The notes under the pieces: generated by a model | Databases searched by the model: none | Told to the model about the DNA's origin: nothing | The model's input: the letters and a program-made list of their open reading frames with translations, nothing else | Made by a program: the position numbers and the translations under genes | Shown here: positions 9,690-19,446 of the stretch, in pieces | Layout of the letters: the number at the start of each line of letters is the position of its first letter | How positions within the stretch are numbered: the first letter of the stretch is position 1 | Source of the DNA: a virus | Taxonomy: Duplodnaviria; Heunggongvirae; Uroviricota; Caudoviricetes | Virus record (IMG/VR): IMGVR_UViG_3300031111_000007 | Coordinates: 64,001-128,000 of that record | Strand: one strand, 5' to 3' | DNA length: 64,000 nt

Positions 9690-10919
9690 TTACGATGGTG
9701 GATTAGTCTCTCTTTCAGCATCACCATCTGAATCAGAACCTTGAGCATGTGTATGTCCCTTTAGACTAATTCCATCTGCTACAAAATCACCACCTGTTGC
9801 AGTACCTGTACCATTCACGGCAAGATTTCCATTTATTGTAGTATTACAATTTATTGTGAAAGATGCTGCCGTCAAAGTAGCAGGACCAGAAACAGTTATA
9901 TTGAGATTTCCACCAATCGTTTCTGACTTATTTCCACCAATCGTTTCTGATTTGTTGTTATCAATTGTAGAAGTTTTATTATTTCCTATATCTTCTGTTT
10001 TGTCATTCTCAATAGTCTCTGTCTTATCATTTCCTATAGTTTGAGTGAAATCATTTCCTACATCTTCTCTCTTATCATTCCCAACTTCTACATCCTCATT
10101 CACACCAACTTTCTTAGTGGAATTCTCATCTACTGTAAGATTTCTCTGTTGTTTGATATAAATATTTTTTCCATTAGCTACTATTTCATATTTCTCAGCA
10201 TTATTCTTTACTACCATATTACCATCATTGTCAATCTCAATATAACTATTTGATGGATGATAAAGATGAAGTCTGTTTGATCCGGGTGTTGAATCTAACT
10301 CCATTGTAATACCACCGTGAGTAACAATAACATAATTATGAGGATATTGAGCAGCATAAGGAGAAGTTGGCTCAGACCATAAACCACCAAATGCTGTCTG
10401 AACTCCAACACTTCTATTTTGATTTTTAGTGATTACCAAAGTCTCATCTGATATACCTCTTGCTAATCTATGAACATCTGGTTCTCCTAATCTTCCCTGT
10501 ACTGGATACTCACCATCAGGATCACGAAAACCATCATTTTTATTCGTTGCTTGTTTGTTATTTGAATACTGTTCTTTTGCTTCTGGAATTCCCGGCATAG
10601 AAGCAAAATATCTTGGTTGATTAGCATTGCTATTCTCAAAAAATAACATTACTTGTGATCCCTGAAGTGGAACAGACCACGCACCAAAACCACTTACAGA
10701 ACCTTCATGAATAGGCATACACGGTTCAGCCCATGGCAATTCATCTGTAGGAATTCCCTCAGTCTCAGATTTTATCTTCTTTGGTGTATGTAACCCATGA
10801 ATTCTCACTCTCACTCTACCAGCTTTCAATGGGTCTTTATTATCTTCCACAACACCACGATAAAAACCATTTAAACTCTCTGTTTCAAACTTTAGATTTC
10901 TTAAACTATTCTTAAGCAT
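9690..10919 (-). CDS. gp5: Baseplate hub/central spike, gp5/VgrG-like without lysozyme domain
   Basis: GVVEDNKDPLKAGRVRVRIHGLH...LPWA OB fold; YPHN; 8-aa beta-helix repeats (KTETIGND); C-terminal HTH iron-tip motif. Confidence 0.9.
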   Translation of the reverse strand: MLKNSLRNLKFETESLNGFYRGVVEDNKDPLKAGRVRVRIHGLHTPKKIKSETEGIPTDELPWAEPCMPIHEGSVSGFGAWSVPLQGSQVMLFFENSNANQPRYFASMPGIPEAKEQYSNNKQATNKNDGFRDPDGEYPVQGRLGEPDVHRLARGISDETLVITKNQNRSVGVQTAFGGLWSEPTSPYAAQYPHNYVIVTHGGITMELDSTPGSNRLHLYHPSNSYIEIDNDGNMVVKNNAEKYEIVANGKNIYIKQQRNLTVDENSTKKVGVNEDVEVGNDKREDVGNDFTQTIGNDKTETIENDKTEDIGNNKTSTIDNNKSETIGGNKSETIGGNLNITVSGPATLTAASFTINCNTTINGNLAVNGTGTATGGDFVADGISLKGHTHAQGSDSDGDAERETNPPS

Positions 10920-10920
10920 A

Positions 10921-12237
10921 TTATTTCCTTACAAACTGTGTATTTGATTTCTTATCAGCAAACACATTAATTTTTTTAGCCTTATATAATATCTCACTTT
11001 CAATTTGATTATATGCATTCTTTATAAGTACAAGTCTCTGTTTATATGGGAATGTTCCACCGGGAGCAAAGTAATGTGTTACAGATTTAATAAGATATCT
11101 TCCTTTTAAAAGATCATTTGTTGTAGTACTACCAATAGCTCTTATTGCATTAGGCCAATCAATTTCTATCTGTTGTCCAGCATATCTCTTTTCATGCCCC
11201 TGTACAACTATATTCATAATAAATTGCATATTATAATCTTTTGCCCAATCATTATATGCTATATTTCCTAACACATTATCTGTATTATCACCCAATATAA
11301 GATTCCCCGAACTAACATCATCTATTTGATTATAAAGAGTTTTTCTACCCAAACATGTAGTCTCATCAGCACCATTAGAATATAAATACTCATGATCTAA
11401 TAATTTCTTAGTAGAAAAATCATACCCCCTCCATTTACCACCCCTTAAACATCCCCATGAACTTCTGTCAATACCACTTATCCACCATTCAAGGATTTTA
11501 TTCTCACCCGAAACTTCATTTCCAGCAAAAGTATATTTTAAAGGGTCTAATGATTTATCCTGATCATCAAGAAGATAATTCATTGTAGTAAGATAATGTG
11601 TAAGATTTTCTTTAGTACTATTAAAACATATATATCCACTCGTACCTGTTATCTTCCCTTTTGCTCTACGCATTAACCATCTCAACGCCATCTGTGGAGT
11701 CCAATATGGCATTACAAAATCAGTCTTATTACTACTTGCTTCTATCTGAAATGGAGCACCAACACTTTTAAAACTAACCATGTTGTTAAGAATATCTTCC
11801 ATTATATTTGAGTAGTATTCATTAGACCAACTTCTACTAAATCTTCTCATTGCAAAGCCAGTATAAAATGGATCAACAAACTGTATAGTAATTAAATTCT
11901 CAGCACCTTCATTTATACCTGTACCTATCTGTTGAATTTTACCTACTTTCCATATATCAAAGACCAATTTTCTTGGTTCATTATCACCAACAGCATATAT
12001 AATTGATATCTTCTCATTACCAGTAAAGGGACCATACTCCATGATATTATATCTATCATTAAAAGTCATTTTACCTACCATACAGAACTTGTTTATATCT
12101 TCAATAAAATAGAACTCTAATATATCAGAGTTATTCATTATCAATTGATTATTCTCTGTAATAATAAGAATATCATATATCTGTTTATTAAGTTCGACTA
12201 CTCGCTTAGTTGAATAGTCATTTTCTATTTTTCCCAT
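10921..12237 (-). CDS. Baseplate hub protein (gp27-like)
   Basis: FVMPYWTP, GRYLIKSVTHYF; between gp53 and gp5. Confidence 0.7.
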   Translation of the reverse strand: MGKIENDYSTKRVVELNKQIYDILIITENNQLIMNNSDILEFYFIEDINKFCMVGKMTFNDRYNIMEYGPFTGNEKISIIYAVGDNEPRKLVFDIWKVGKIQQIGTGINEGAENLITIQFVDPFYTGFAMRRFSRSWSNEYYSNIMEDILNNMVSFKSVGAPFQIEASSNKTDFVMPYWTPQMALRWLMRRAKGKITGTSGYICFNSTKENLTHYLTTMNYLLDDQDKSLDPLKYTFAGNEVSGENKILEWWISGIDRSSWGCLRGGKWRGYDFSTKKLLDHEYLYSNGADETTCLGRKTLYNQIDDVSSGNLILGDNTDNVLGNIAYNDWAKDYNMQFIMNIVVQGHEKRYAGQQIEIDWPNAIRAIGSTTTNDLLKGRYLIKSVTHYFAPGGTFPYKQRLVLIKNAYNQIESEILYKAKKINVFADKKSNTQFVRK

Positions 12238-12238
12238 A

Positions 12239-12625
12239 TTAATCTTCCGCTATTTTCTCAAGGTCTGATATTAATTGATATACATAATCATCTCTAAGTA
12301 CGTTTAATTGCCCACCATCTATTAATTCTTCAAAAGGATTTGTCACATTATTCAATAATGCTATCACCCACCATAAATAAGGAGTTTTATATAAATTATA
12401 AGATACATTATCCCAATACTCCCCATTTGATATTTCATATGATTCAAAAAAGGATATATCCCTCAGTGAATTCTCATCGATAACATAGCTTCTGAAAATA
12501 TTTAGAAATTTAGTCTCTCTATCTTCATCCAAAAGAGTATTAAATAATCTTATAAAACTAAACTTATTCTTCTCATTACCAGTAAGTTCACCAAAACTTT
12601 TTTCAGTAAATTCAGTCACCGCCAT
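12239..12625 (-). CDS. gp53: Baseplate wedge protein gp53-like (LysM-like)
   Basis: YEISNGEYWDNVSYNLYKTPYLWWVIALLNNVTNPF. Confidence 0.85.
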   Translation of the reverse strand: MAVTEFTEKSFGELTGNEKNKFSFIRLFNTLLDEDRETKFLNIFRSYVIDENSLRDISFFESYEISNGEYWDNVSYNLYKTPYLWWVIALLNNVTNPFEELIDGGQLNVLRDDYVYQLISDLEKIAED

Positions 12626-12628
12626 TTT

Positions 12629-12955
12629 TTATCTCTCCAAATACTTCTCTATTAAGGATTCTTTTACTTCTCCACCATCAAACCATATATACTCTCTTTT
12701 AGGTGATTTCCATCTAAATCTAATAATACCACCTATAACAAACATAGCATATATTTTTGTATCACCTTTAAAATATACATATGCATCATTAAATTTAGTT
12801 TCTATAACTATTTCCCTAACAGTTTTTTTTATTTGTTTTTCTGTTTGAGCACTTTTTGTTACCCTAGATTGTGATGTAAGATTCAAAGTTTGACCAACTT
12901 TAATATACTTCTCTATTGTTGATTTATCTATAATTCTCCCATTTCTATCTTTCAT
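12629..12955 (-). CDS. Hypothetical protein
   Basis: ORF track, operon context. Confidence 0.55.
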   Translation of the reverse strand: MKDRNGRIIDKSTIEKYIKVGQTLNLTSQSRVTKSAQTEKQIKKTVREIVIETKFNDAYVYFKGDTKIYAMFVIGGIIRFRWKSPKREYIWFDGGEVKESLIEKYLER

Positions 12956-13123
12956 TTATCTCTCCAATGTAAATGTTTTACCACAATGTGGGCAAGTAAT
13001 ACCCTTATTATATCCCTGTCTACCCCTTCCACCATGAGGATGAGCCGTATTATAGGTCATTACACCATCTTCCGATTCATCTGTCTTTTTATCTAAATAC
13101 TTCTCTATTTTTTCTATTTTCAT
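12956..13123 (-). CDS. Small hypothetical protein with C-terminal CPHC Zn knuckle
   Basis: Read manually: MKIEKIEKYLDKKTDE...ITCPHCGKTFTLER; GGAGG SD upstream. Confidence 0.6.
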   Translation of the reverse strand: MKIEKIEKYLDKKTDESEDGVMTYNTAHPHGGRGRQGYNKGITCPHCGKTFTLER

Positions 13124-13159
13124 AATACCTCCATAATCACATAGATATCATACTAATAG

Positions 13160-13167
13160 TATTTATA
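13160..13167 (-). promoter_or_regulatory. T4-type late promoter TATAAATA
   Basis: Exact match, intergenic, upstream of the baseplate operon. Confidence 0.75.
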
Positions 13168-13180
13168 TTTTTTAGATAGG

Positions 13181-13218
13181 AAAAAAGAAAAGGGTAGATG
13201 ATTTCTCACCTACCCCTA
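13181..13218 (-). terminator. Rho-independent terminator
   Basis: GGGTAG/CTACCC stem followed by a U-tract on the minus strand. Confidence 0.7.
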
Positions 13219-13263
13219 AGAGAAAGGAAATAACAAAACGAAAAACAATTACATAAAGGAGAA

Positions 13264-13416
13264 TTAATCCTTGGTTGAAAAAATGTCCGGTTGTTCACCA
13301 GACTTGAAAATATCCGGTTCATTACCAGTATCCCAATTTTCCTGAGATACAATGTCCCGTACATCTTCAGGGTCAATCACAAAATCATCTGGTCCAAAAA
13401 TATCATCAAATGCCAT
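13264..13416 (-). CDS. Small acidic protein (probable start MAFDD)
   Basis: SD-like GGGGGTG before ATG 13416; own promoter and terminator. Confidence 0.55.
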   Translation of the reverse strand: MAFDDIFGPDDFVIDPEDVRDIVSQENWDTGNEPDIFKSGEQPDIFSTKD

Positions 13417-13473
13417 AATACACCCCCTATTCCAAAGGTTAATAAAATAATCAATTTCCATCTTACATAGACA

Positions 13474-13502
13474 ACTATATCACACCAAAAAGGATTTGTC
13501 AA
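13474..13502 (-). promoter_or_regulatory. Sigma70-type promoter TTGACA-17-TATAGT with extended TG
   Basis: -35 at 13497-13502, -10 at 13474-13479. Confidence 0.75.
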
Positions 13503-14155
13503 CCCCTAAATAATGGTTGAATAAAATCTTGCCATACTTTTTTATATTTTTTCTGATAATCATTGGCATCACCAGCACTTATATCATCCTTGGTGCTATG
13601 TGCGATAAACCATGCTTTATGTACAGGAACACCAACATACCCATATTTAAATGCTTTCAGTAGGAATGCCCAATCCAATAATCTTTTGTATTTATCGTCA
13701 GTTACAAGACCAACATGTTCTACCACATTGGATTTCCACATTGAATTTGAGCTTATATAGTTACTCTTAATCAATCTGTTGATATCATAAGGTATTGCTG
13801 GAAAATCAGCATTTATATGTCCTTTAAACTGAAATGTAGCGTAAGCAAACCCAACATTCAGCCCTGTATCTTTCAATCTTTCATGTAAACGATCCAATAA
13901 ACCCCTTCCTGCTTCGATATCACGGTCTATCATCATATAGTAAGGTGGTAGCTTACCTTTGTTATCTTTATACCACTGAATGCCCTGTGAGGCGTTTTTA
14001 GGTATATTCTGATTCCCTTCTGATGCTATCCATGTGAAAGGCACCTTATTTCGCTTTAACGTCTTTTTCGTAATTCCACTTACCTTATGATTCGATAAAA
14101 GTGGAGTTACTATTAAAATCTCTGGATTCTTTGTTTCTTGTATAATTTTTACCAT
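13499..14155 (-). CDS. GT-A fold glycosyltransferase (GT2-like)
   Basis: ILIVTPL start, YYMMIDRDI DxD, NYISSNSM...LLDWAFLL. Confidence 0.75.
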   Translation of the reverse strand: MVKIIQETKNPEILIVTPLLSNHKVSGITKKTLKRNKVPFTWIASEGNQNIPKNASQGIQWYKDNKGKLPPYYMMIDRDIEAGRGLLDRLHERLKDTGLNVGFAYATFQFKGHINADFPAIPYDINRLIKSNYISSNSMWKSNVVEHVGLVTDDKYKRLLDWAFLLKAFKYGYVGVPVHKAWFIAHSTKDDISAGDANDYQKKYKKVWQDFIQPLFRG

Positions 14156-14163
14156 AACACACT

Positions 14164-14192
14164 CCTTTATCACATTGTTTTATAAATGTCAA
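14164..14192 (-). promoter_or_regulatory. Possible sigma70-type promoter (perfect -35, weak -10)
   Basis: TTGACA at 14187-14192, 17 nt, TGA-TAAAGG. Confidence 0.35.
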
Positions 14193-17100
14193 CCCCCAAA
14201 TCCACCACTTGGAATTCCACCACTTGTAGATGTACTTAGTAAACTTTTCGATGAACTGGAACTTGACCTAAATCCTATATCAAAATATAATTCACTATCA
14301 TCTATTTCCGGTAAAGAAACAGAAAGAGAAGAACTCGACTGTGATTCTGATGAACTACTCACTGATGAGGATGAAGACGATAAAGATTGTGATTCAGAAG
14401 AAGAAGAACTCTCACTACTGCTAGAAGAAGAAAATGATATAGATTCACTTGAACTACTGCTCGACTCAGAAGAAGAAGATGATTCACTAAAACTACTGCT
14501 GCTTGAGCTTGAAGAAAATGAACTTGATGATGATGAGGAAGAAGATGATATAGATTGAGATTCACTACTACTGCTTGATGATGAACTTGAGCTTGAAGAA
14601 AATACAGATTGAGAACTTGAAGAAGAAGATGATGATATAGATTCACTACTACTGCTTGATGATGAACTTGAGCTTGAAGAAAATACAGATTGAGAACTTG
14701 AGCTTAATGAACTTGAACTTGAAATAGAAATAGAAATAGAGCTTGAGCTTGATGAAGAAATAGAGCTTGAGCTTGATGATGAAGCTCCACAAATAACACC
14801 ACCAGCACTTGTAATTGTCCAATTATCAAAATCTACAGTTATTGTTGAAGCATCATATGTGTTATTCCACAAAGCTATTTCAATATCACCAGAACCTATT
14901 GCTTGATTGCTATGCATAGCAACCCATATTCCTGAACTTGTATATCTATAACTTGTCCAATTATTACCAACTCTTTTGATTCTATGTTTTCTACTATCAC
15001 CAGCAGAAATATCTTCTATATAAGTAATGGTTTGAGAATCACCAATATATCTTATAGATTCCCATGAATTATCTTGTGGTGTATATCCTAATTTTAATCT
15101 ATGAGATAAATCAATTTTGGCTTGAAGTAATATCTGCGATCTACCAGTTGTACCCGGATCATTACTAAATTCCCAATCAACACGAATATCAAAATCACCC
15201 GTTACATAAAATGTAGATATTGTAGCTAGATTTATAGTTTGAGAATTTGTAATTTCTGCTCTTAGTTTATTATTATAGATTCTAATTGATGTACCAGCAG
15301 GTTGATCAACAGTTGTCCATAAATGAGGATTTGGTATATCACCATTGTCACCTGTAAAATCATCTGAATATGGACTTACATAACAAGAAGTAGAACTTGA
15401 ACTTGAAAGAGAACTTGAAAGAGAACTTGAAGAACTTGAGCTTGAGCTTGACAGGCTTGAACTGCTTGAGCTTGACAGAGAACTTGAAGATTCAGAACTT
15501 GAGCTTGACAGACTTGAACTGCTTGAGCTTGAACTTCCTGTTTGTATAATTTGAATTTTATCTACATATCCAGAAGCAATACCACCAGAAAATTCTCTAT
15601 TATTCATTGCATAGAGATATCTTTTTGTATCTGTTACACATGAAATTGATAGCGTATCTACTAATGTATTTCTATTTGAATCTGAATAAATATATAAATA
15701 TGCGGTTGATCCACTTCTCTGTAAAGTACAGTAGAAATTTACTGTTGTTCCTGTAACCTGATAAAAATCTTCATTATATGTATCTCCAAGATAAATTTGT
15801 GTTACAGTACCATTACTATAAGCAGTAGTTAGTATACCATCATTAGCTGTAATAAAATCCGCTTGAGTACCAATAGTATTAGAAACACATACAAAAACCA
15901 ACTGACCATTAGTGGTAAGAGTACTTTGAAATTCAAAATCAATTTCAAAATCACCAAAATAACCAATACCATAATCATCATATACATAAGTTGCAGAAGT
16001 TCTTGACATCGTATCAACTGTAACTTTAGTACATTCAACAGTAATATCATTATTTGGATCAACTACAGTAAATACTTCTAAATTCTCATATGGTTCATAT
16101 GAGCAAGAAATAGAACTTGATGAACTTGAAAAAGAACTTGAAGATTCTGAGCTTGAGCTTGACAGAGAACTTGAAGATTCTGAGCTTGAGCTTAAAGAAC
16201 TTGATGAAACCGATTCTCCTTCACCAGCAAAATCAGCTTCAGCTAAATTACTTTCATCCCAAATTTCTAACTCATAAATCTTACCATCAAATATTTGTCT
16301 AATTTCACCCGTTGTAATAACACTACTATTTTCATTAAAACCAACACTAAATAAATCTGTACCATCACCTGCATTAACAGTACCGGCAGCACTTGTTATA
16401 AAAGAACCGGAATCACTTAAAATAGAAATTCTACTATGAGAAGCAACTAATTGATATTTCAAACCGGAACTCAAACCAGAAGTAGGAACAGTAATAGATG
16501 TTAATGAATCACTATTTCTAGCCCATATACCAATATCACCATCATACCATCCAATACATACTCCATTAGTTGAACCACCTGATTTAGCAAGTATAGCGGC
16601 AGAAGGAGAAAATGAATCAGCACTAAAGGTACATTTAAACCCCATATTGGTGTCAGTAGTTTCACGATCATTAATAACATAAAGACCATCACCAGAACCA
16701 TGACCACCAAATTCAATATAATCAGCACCAGTAGTAGTAACAGAACCAGTTAATCTCTCTTTGTGAATTCCATAATAATCAGAACCAAACTTAAAAACAG
16801 TTTCAGCCCAATATGGATCATCAAGATCACTAGGCCATGCCATTGTACCATCTTCATAAAGTTCAAAATCACCAACCCAACCATTAAAAGGTCTACCTAC
16901 ACCAGCACTCCAAGGAGAAGGTTCAGAAGCATATCCAAATTCATCAGCACCTGTACCATCACCAGCAACAACTGTACCTGTAAAAGTATAACCATTAGAA
17001 GGATTATCTAATTCTCTTATTGTTATTTTAGTTTTGGATACAAATGCCTCATACCATACATCAGCAGATAAATTATATGTAGGCATGTAAAACCAAGAAA

Positions 17101-18778
17101 GAGAACCAAGATTTCTACCAGCTAAAACAATAGAGGATTGTAAATAATAAGGGGGATTTTGAATAATTGGAGAAACTACACCAAATTCAATACCATAAGT
17201 ACTACCACCAGATTTCCAAATACAATATCCATCACCTTCCCAATAAAGATATGGATCACCAGCAAGTTTGAAAGTAATTCTAAACTCAATATCACCTTCA
17301 TCTGAACTTCCTGCTCCATAATTAAGATAATTATTTGTACCTCTGGCACCGAAATAAGCCGATCTTGGAAGTAGATATGTATTATTACCATATGTAGTAT
17401 GATTAGCAGAACCATCTCTATCAGGGTCAGTACCTAAATATCTTGTTAATATAGTAGATGCTTGAGAACTTGAGGATTGAGAATAAGAACTTGAAGATAA
17501 TGATGGAAACTCATCATCTAAATAATTATCGTTTTTCCATAATTCTAATTCATAAATTTTACCATAGTAATATGCATATGTAGACCTATCATCAAGAGCA
17601 GTACCAGCTTGATTATAATCATATCCAATACTAAAATCATTACCACCATCACCATTTGATATACTACCAGTTGCCCATGTAATAACAGTCGATTGATCTT
17701 CAGAAAGAATTGCTACCTTTCTATGAGAAGCATATAACCAGTAAGGAACACCAGCAGATAAAACATTAGATGGTATACTGATATCATAAAAAGTAGAATT
17801 ATTTGCTGTATATATACCAAGAGTACTTGTAGTTCTTTGAAAACCAAAAGCAAGACCATTACCAGTACCACCATCTTTCACAAAAATCTGAGAACCATAA
17901 GGATCATCAAATTCAAATTTAATTTTGATACCTAAATTGGTTTCATCAAAATCTCTACTAGCTGCTTGAAGACCTTGACTGCCATTAAAATAAATATAAT
18001 CAGAACCAAGTGTAGGAGAATTAACAACGGTAAGTCGATTATTATAATTTCCTTGCCTATTAGAACCAAATTTAAATACTTGAGTAGGATATTGATTTAC
18101 ATATACAAGAGTATTTTTAGGCCAACTAATATCAGAAGAATTAAATATCTCCAATTCTTTGACATAAACATTATCAAGATAATCACCAGTAACAGCATCA
18201 CCACGATATACTCTACCATCTTTACTATATCCAAGAGATTCATCAGCAGTACCATTTGCAGCTATAACAAGATTACCTGATACAGCATAAGCCATTTCAG
18301 TACCTAACTGTCTTAAGGCAAATCTACCACTAGAACCTTGTTCCCAAAATAATTCTAACCATACACCAGATGGAGCAATAGAAGGATCAAAAGGAAGTGA
18401 TAAATAATCTAAACTTGAACTTGATCTAGCAGCAACAATTAAACTATGTTGCCAGTAACTATTACTTTCAAAATTTTGTCTAACTTCGATACCATTACCA
18501 TTACCACCTGATTTCCAAATAGTACCATCATTAGAAGCATTAAAATTATGATATGGATTAAAGAGATGTTTATAAACAATTCTATAAGTATATGGTTGGG
18601 ATTCATTGATATCATCTGGACCCCAATATAAACCATGACTTCCATCAGGAATAAATATAGAACCAGCACATATGATAGGAGAACCAACAGTAGTACCACT
18701 ATCGACACCTTCTCTATCAGTACCAAAATAATGAGTATAAATTGTAGATGTGGTTGATGAACTTGAAGAACTTGGCAT
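14189..18778 (-). CDS. 1529-aa poly-serine modular protein with LamG/lectin-like beta domains; putative virion fibre/decoration
   Basis: Five Ser tracts separating globular modules; internal duplication; late promoter upstream. Confidence 0.75.
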   Translation of the reverse strand: MPSSSSSSTTSTIYTHYFGTDREGVDSGTTVGSPIICAGSIFIPDGSHGLYWGPDDINESQPYTYRIVYKHLFNPYHNFNASNDGTIWKSGGNGNGIEVRQNFESNSYWQHSLIVAARSSSSLDYLSLPFDPSIAPSGVWLELFWEQGSSGRFALRQLGTEMAYAVSGNLVIAANGTADESLGYSKDGRVYRGDAVTGDYLDNVYVKELEIFNSSDISWPKNTLVYVNQYPTQVFKFGSNRQGNYNNRLTVVNSPTLGSDYIYFNGSQGLQAASRDFDETNLGIKIKFEFDDPYGSQIFVKDGGTGNGLAFGFQRTTSTLGIYTANNSTFYDISIPSNVLSAGVPYWLYASHRKVAILSEDQSTVITWATGSISNGDGGNDFSIGYDYNQAGTALDDRSTYAYYYGKIYELELWKNDNYLDDEFPSLSSSSYSQSSSSQASTILTRYLGTDPDRDGSANHTTYGNNTYLLPRSAYFGARGTNNYLNYGAGSSDEGDIEFRITFKLAGDPYLYWEGDGYCIWKSGGSTYGIEFGVVSPIIQNPPYYLQSSIVLAGRNLGSLSWFYMPTYNLSADVWYEAFVSKTKITIRELDNPSNGYTFTGTVVAGDGTGADEFGYASEPSPWSAGVGRPFNGWVGDFELYEDGTMAWPSDLDDPYWAETVFKFGSDYYGIHKERLTGSVTTTGADYIEFGGHGSGDGLYVINDRETTDTNMGFKCTFSADSFSPSAAILAKSGGSTNGVCIGWYDGDIGIWARNSDSLTSITVPTSGLSSGLKYQLVASHSRISILSDSGSFITSAAGTVNAGDGTDLFSVGFNENSSVITTGEIRQIFDGKIYELEIWDESNLAEADFAGEGESVSSSSLSSSSESSSSLSSSSSESSSSFSSSSSSISCSYEPYENLEVFTVVDPNNDITVECTKVTVDTMSRTSATYVYDDYGIGYFGDFEIDFEFQSTLTTNGQLVFVCVSNTIGTQADFITANDGILTTAYSNGTVTQIYLGDTYNEDFYQVTGTTVNFYCTLQRSGSTAYLYIYSDSNRNTLVDTLSISCVTDTKRYLYAMNNREFSGGIASGYVDKIQIIQTGSSSSSSSSLSSSSSESSSSLSSSSSSSLSSSSSSSSSSLSSSLSSSSSTSCYVSPYSDDFTGDNGDIPNPHLWTTVDQPAGTSIRIYNNKLRAEITNSQTINLATISTFYVTGDFDIRVDWEFSNDPGTTGRSQILLQAKIDLSHRLKLGYTPQDNSWESIRYIGDSQTITYIEDISAGDSRKHRIKRVGNNWTSYRYTSSGIWVAMHSNQAIGSGDIEIALWNNTYDASTITVDFDNWTITSAGGVICGASSSSSSSISSSSSSSISISISSSSSLSSSSQSVFSSSSSSSSSSSSESISSSSSSSSQSVFSSSSSSSSSSSSESQSISSSSSSSSSSFSSSSSSSSFSESSSSSESSSSSSESISFSSSSSSESSSSSESQSLSSSSSSVSSSSESQSSSSLSVSLPEIDDSELYFDIGFRSSSSSSKSLLSTSTSGGIPSGGFGG
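14559..14701. repeat. 62-bp exact direct repeat, 81-nt period, in the poly-Ser tail
   Basis: 14559-14620 equals 14640-14701. Confidence 0.85.
16133..16193. repeat. 28-bp direct repeat, 33-nt period, in a poly-Ser linker
   Basis: agaacttgaagattctgagcttgagctt occurs twice. Confidence 0.8.
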
Positions 18779-18809
18779 ACTGGTTACAATACTCCTATCT
18801 TATCATTGA

Positions 18810-18817
18810 TATTTATA
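18810..18817 (-). promoter_or_regulatory. T4-type late promoter TATAAATA
   Basis: Exact match about 30 nt upstream of the 1529-aa gene. Confidence 0.75.
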
Positions 18818-18857
18818 TATTATAACCAGATTATATTTGAAATGTTTTGTTATTTTA

Positions 18858-19439
18858 TCACTCAGCAAATTCTATATCACTTATACTAAAACGAACACTA
18901 TTTAATTCAAGTATCATAATTCCATCAATATCATTTCCTAAAAAAGTAATATCAATTTCTTGTTTATCTTCTGTAATAATAGTTTCCTCAATTAATGGAT
19001 TACTACTTGAATCATTTAAATAAACAATACCGGAAGGGGGAATATTACCATCAGTAAATGATACTCTTAATTTGGATGGTCTAAATCCAGATACCCAAGG
19101 AGTAGGTTCTACTATATCTTTTAACTCTATAACTTCAAATGGTCCACCAGCAAAAAGACCACTATTCCATGTATTATCTTCAGAATTCCATGTACCAAGA
19201 TAAATACCGAAAGCACTATTATATGGCATCCAGTATGTATCATCAAAGTAAGAAACCCAATTAAGACCTTGAACTGAAGTTGAACTTGATGAACTGCTCA
19301 CTGATGATGAACTACTTATCGATGAACTACTCATTGAACTTGAACTTACAGATGAACTACTCACCGATGAAGAAGAAGAAGAACTTGATCTTATTGTTAT
19401 ATAAAATTTTAAATTATTATGTTTATATACTGTTCCCAT
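18858..19439 (-). CDS. Poly-Ser protein with C-terminal beta domain
   Basis: N-terminal Ser tract of about 35 aa, then LNWVSYFDDTYW domain. Confidence 0.7.
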   Translation of the reverse strand: MGTVYKHNNLKFYITIRSSSSSSSSVSSSSVSSSSMSSSSISSSSSVSSSSSSTSVQGLNWVSYFDDTYWMPYNSAFGIYLGTWNSEDNTWNSGLFAGGPFEVIELKDIVEPTPWVSGFRPSKLRVSFTDGNIPPSGIVYLNDSSSNPLIEETIITEDKQEIDITFLGNDIDGIMILELNSVRFSISDIEFAE

Positions 19440-19446
19440 ATTATTC

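Noticed and set aside
9900-10100. 24-nt periodic repeats as CRISPR or DGR-like array
   Set aside because: They encode the known 8-aa beta-helix repeats of the gp5 spike; no spacers, cas or reverse transcriptase
11381-11388. TATAAATA on the plus strand inside the hub gene
   Set aside because: Antisense and intragenic in an AT-rich genome; probably chance
14175-14558. Acidic D/E/L-rich plus-strand ORF (also 19280-19543)
   Set aside because: Antisense translation of poly-Ser codons
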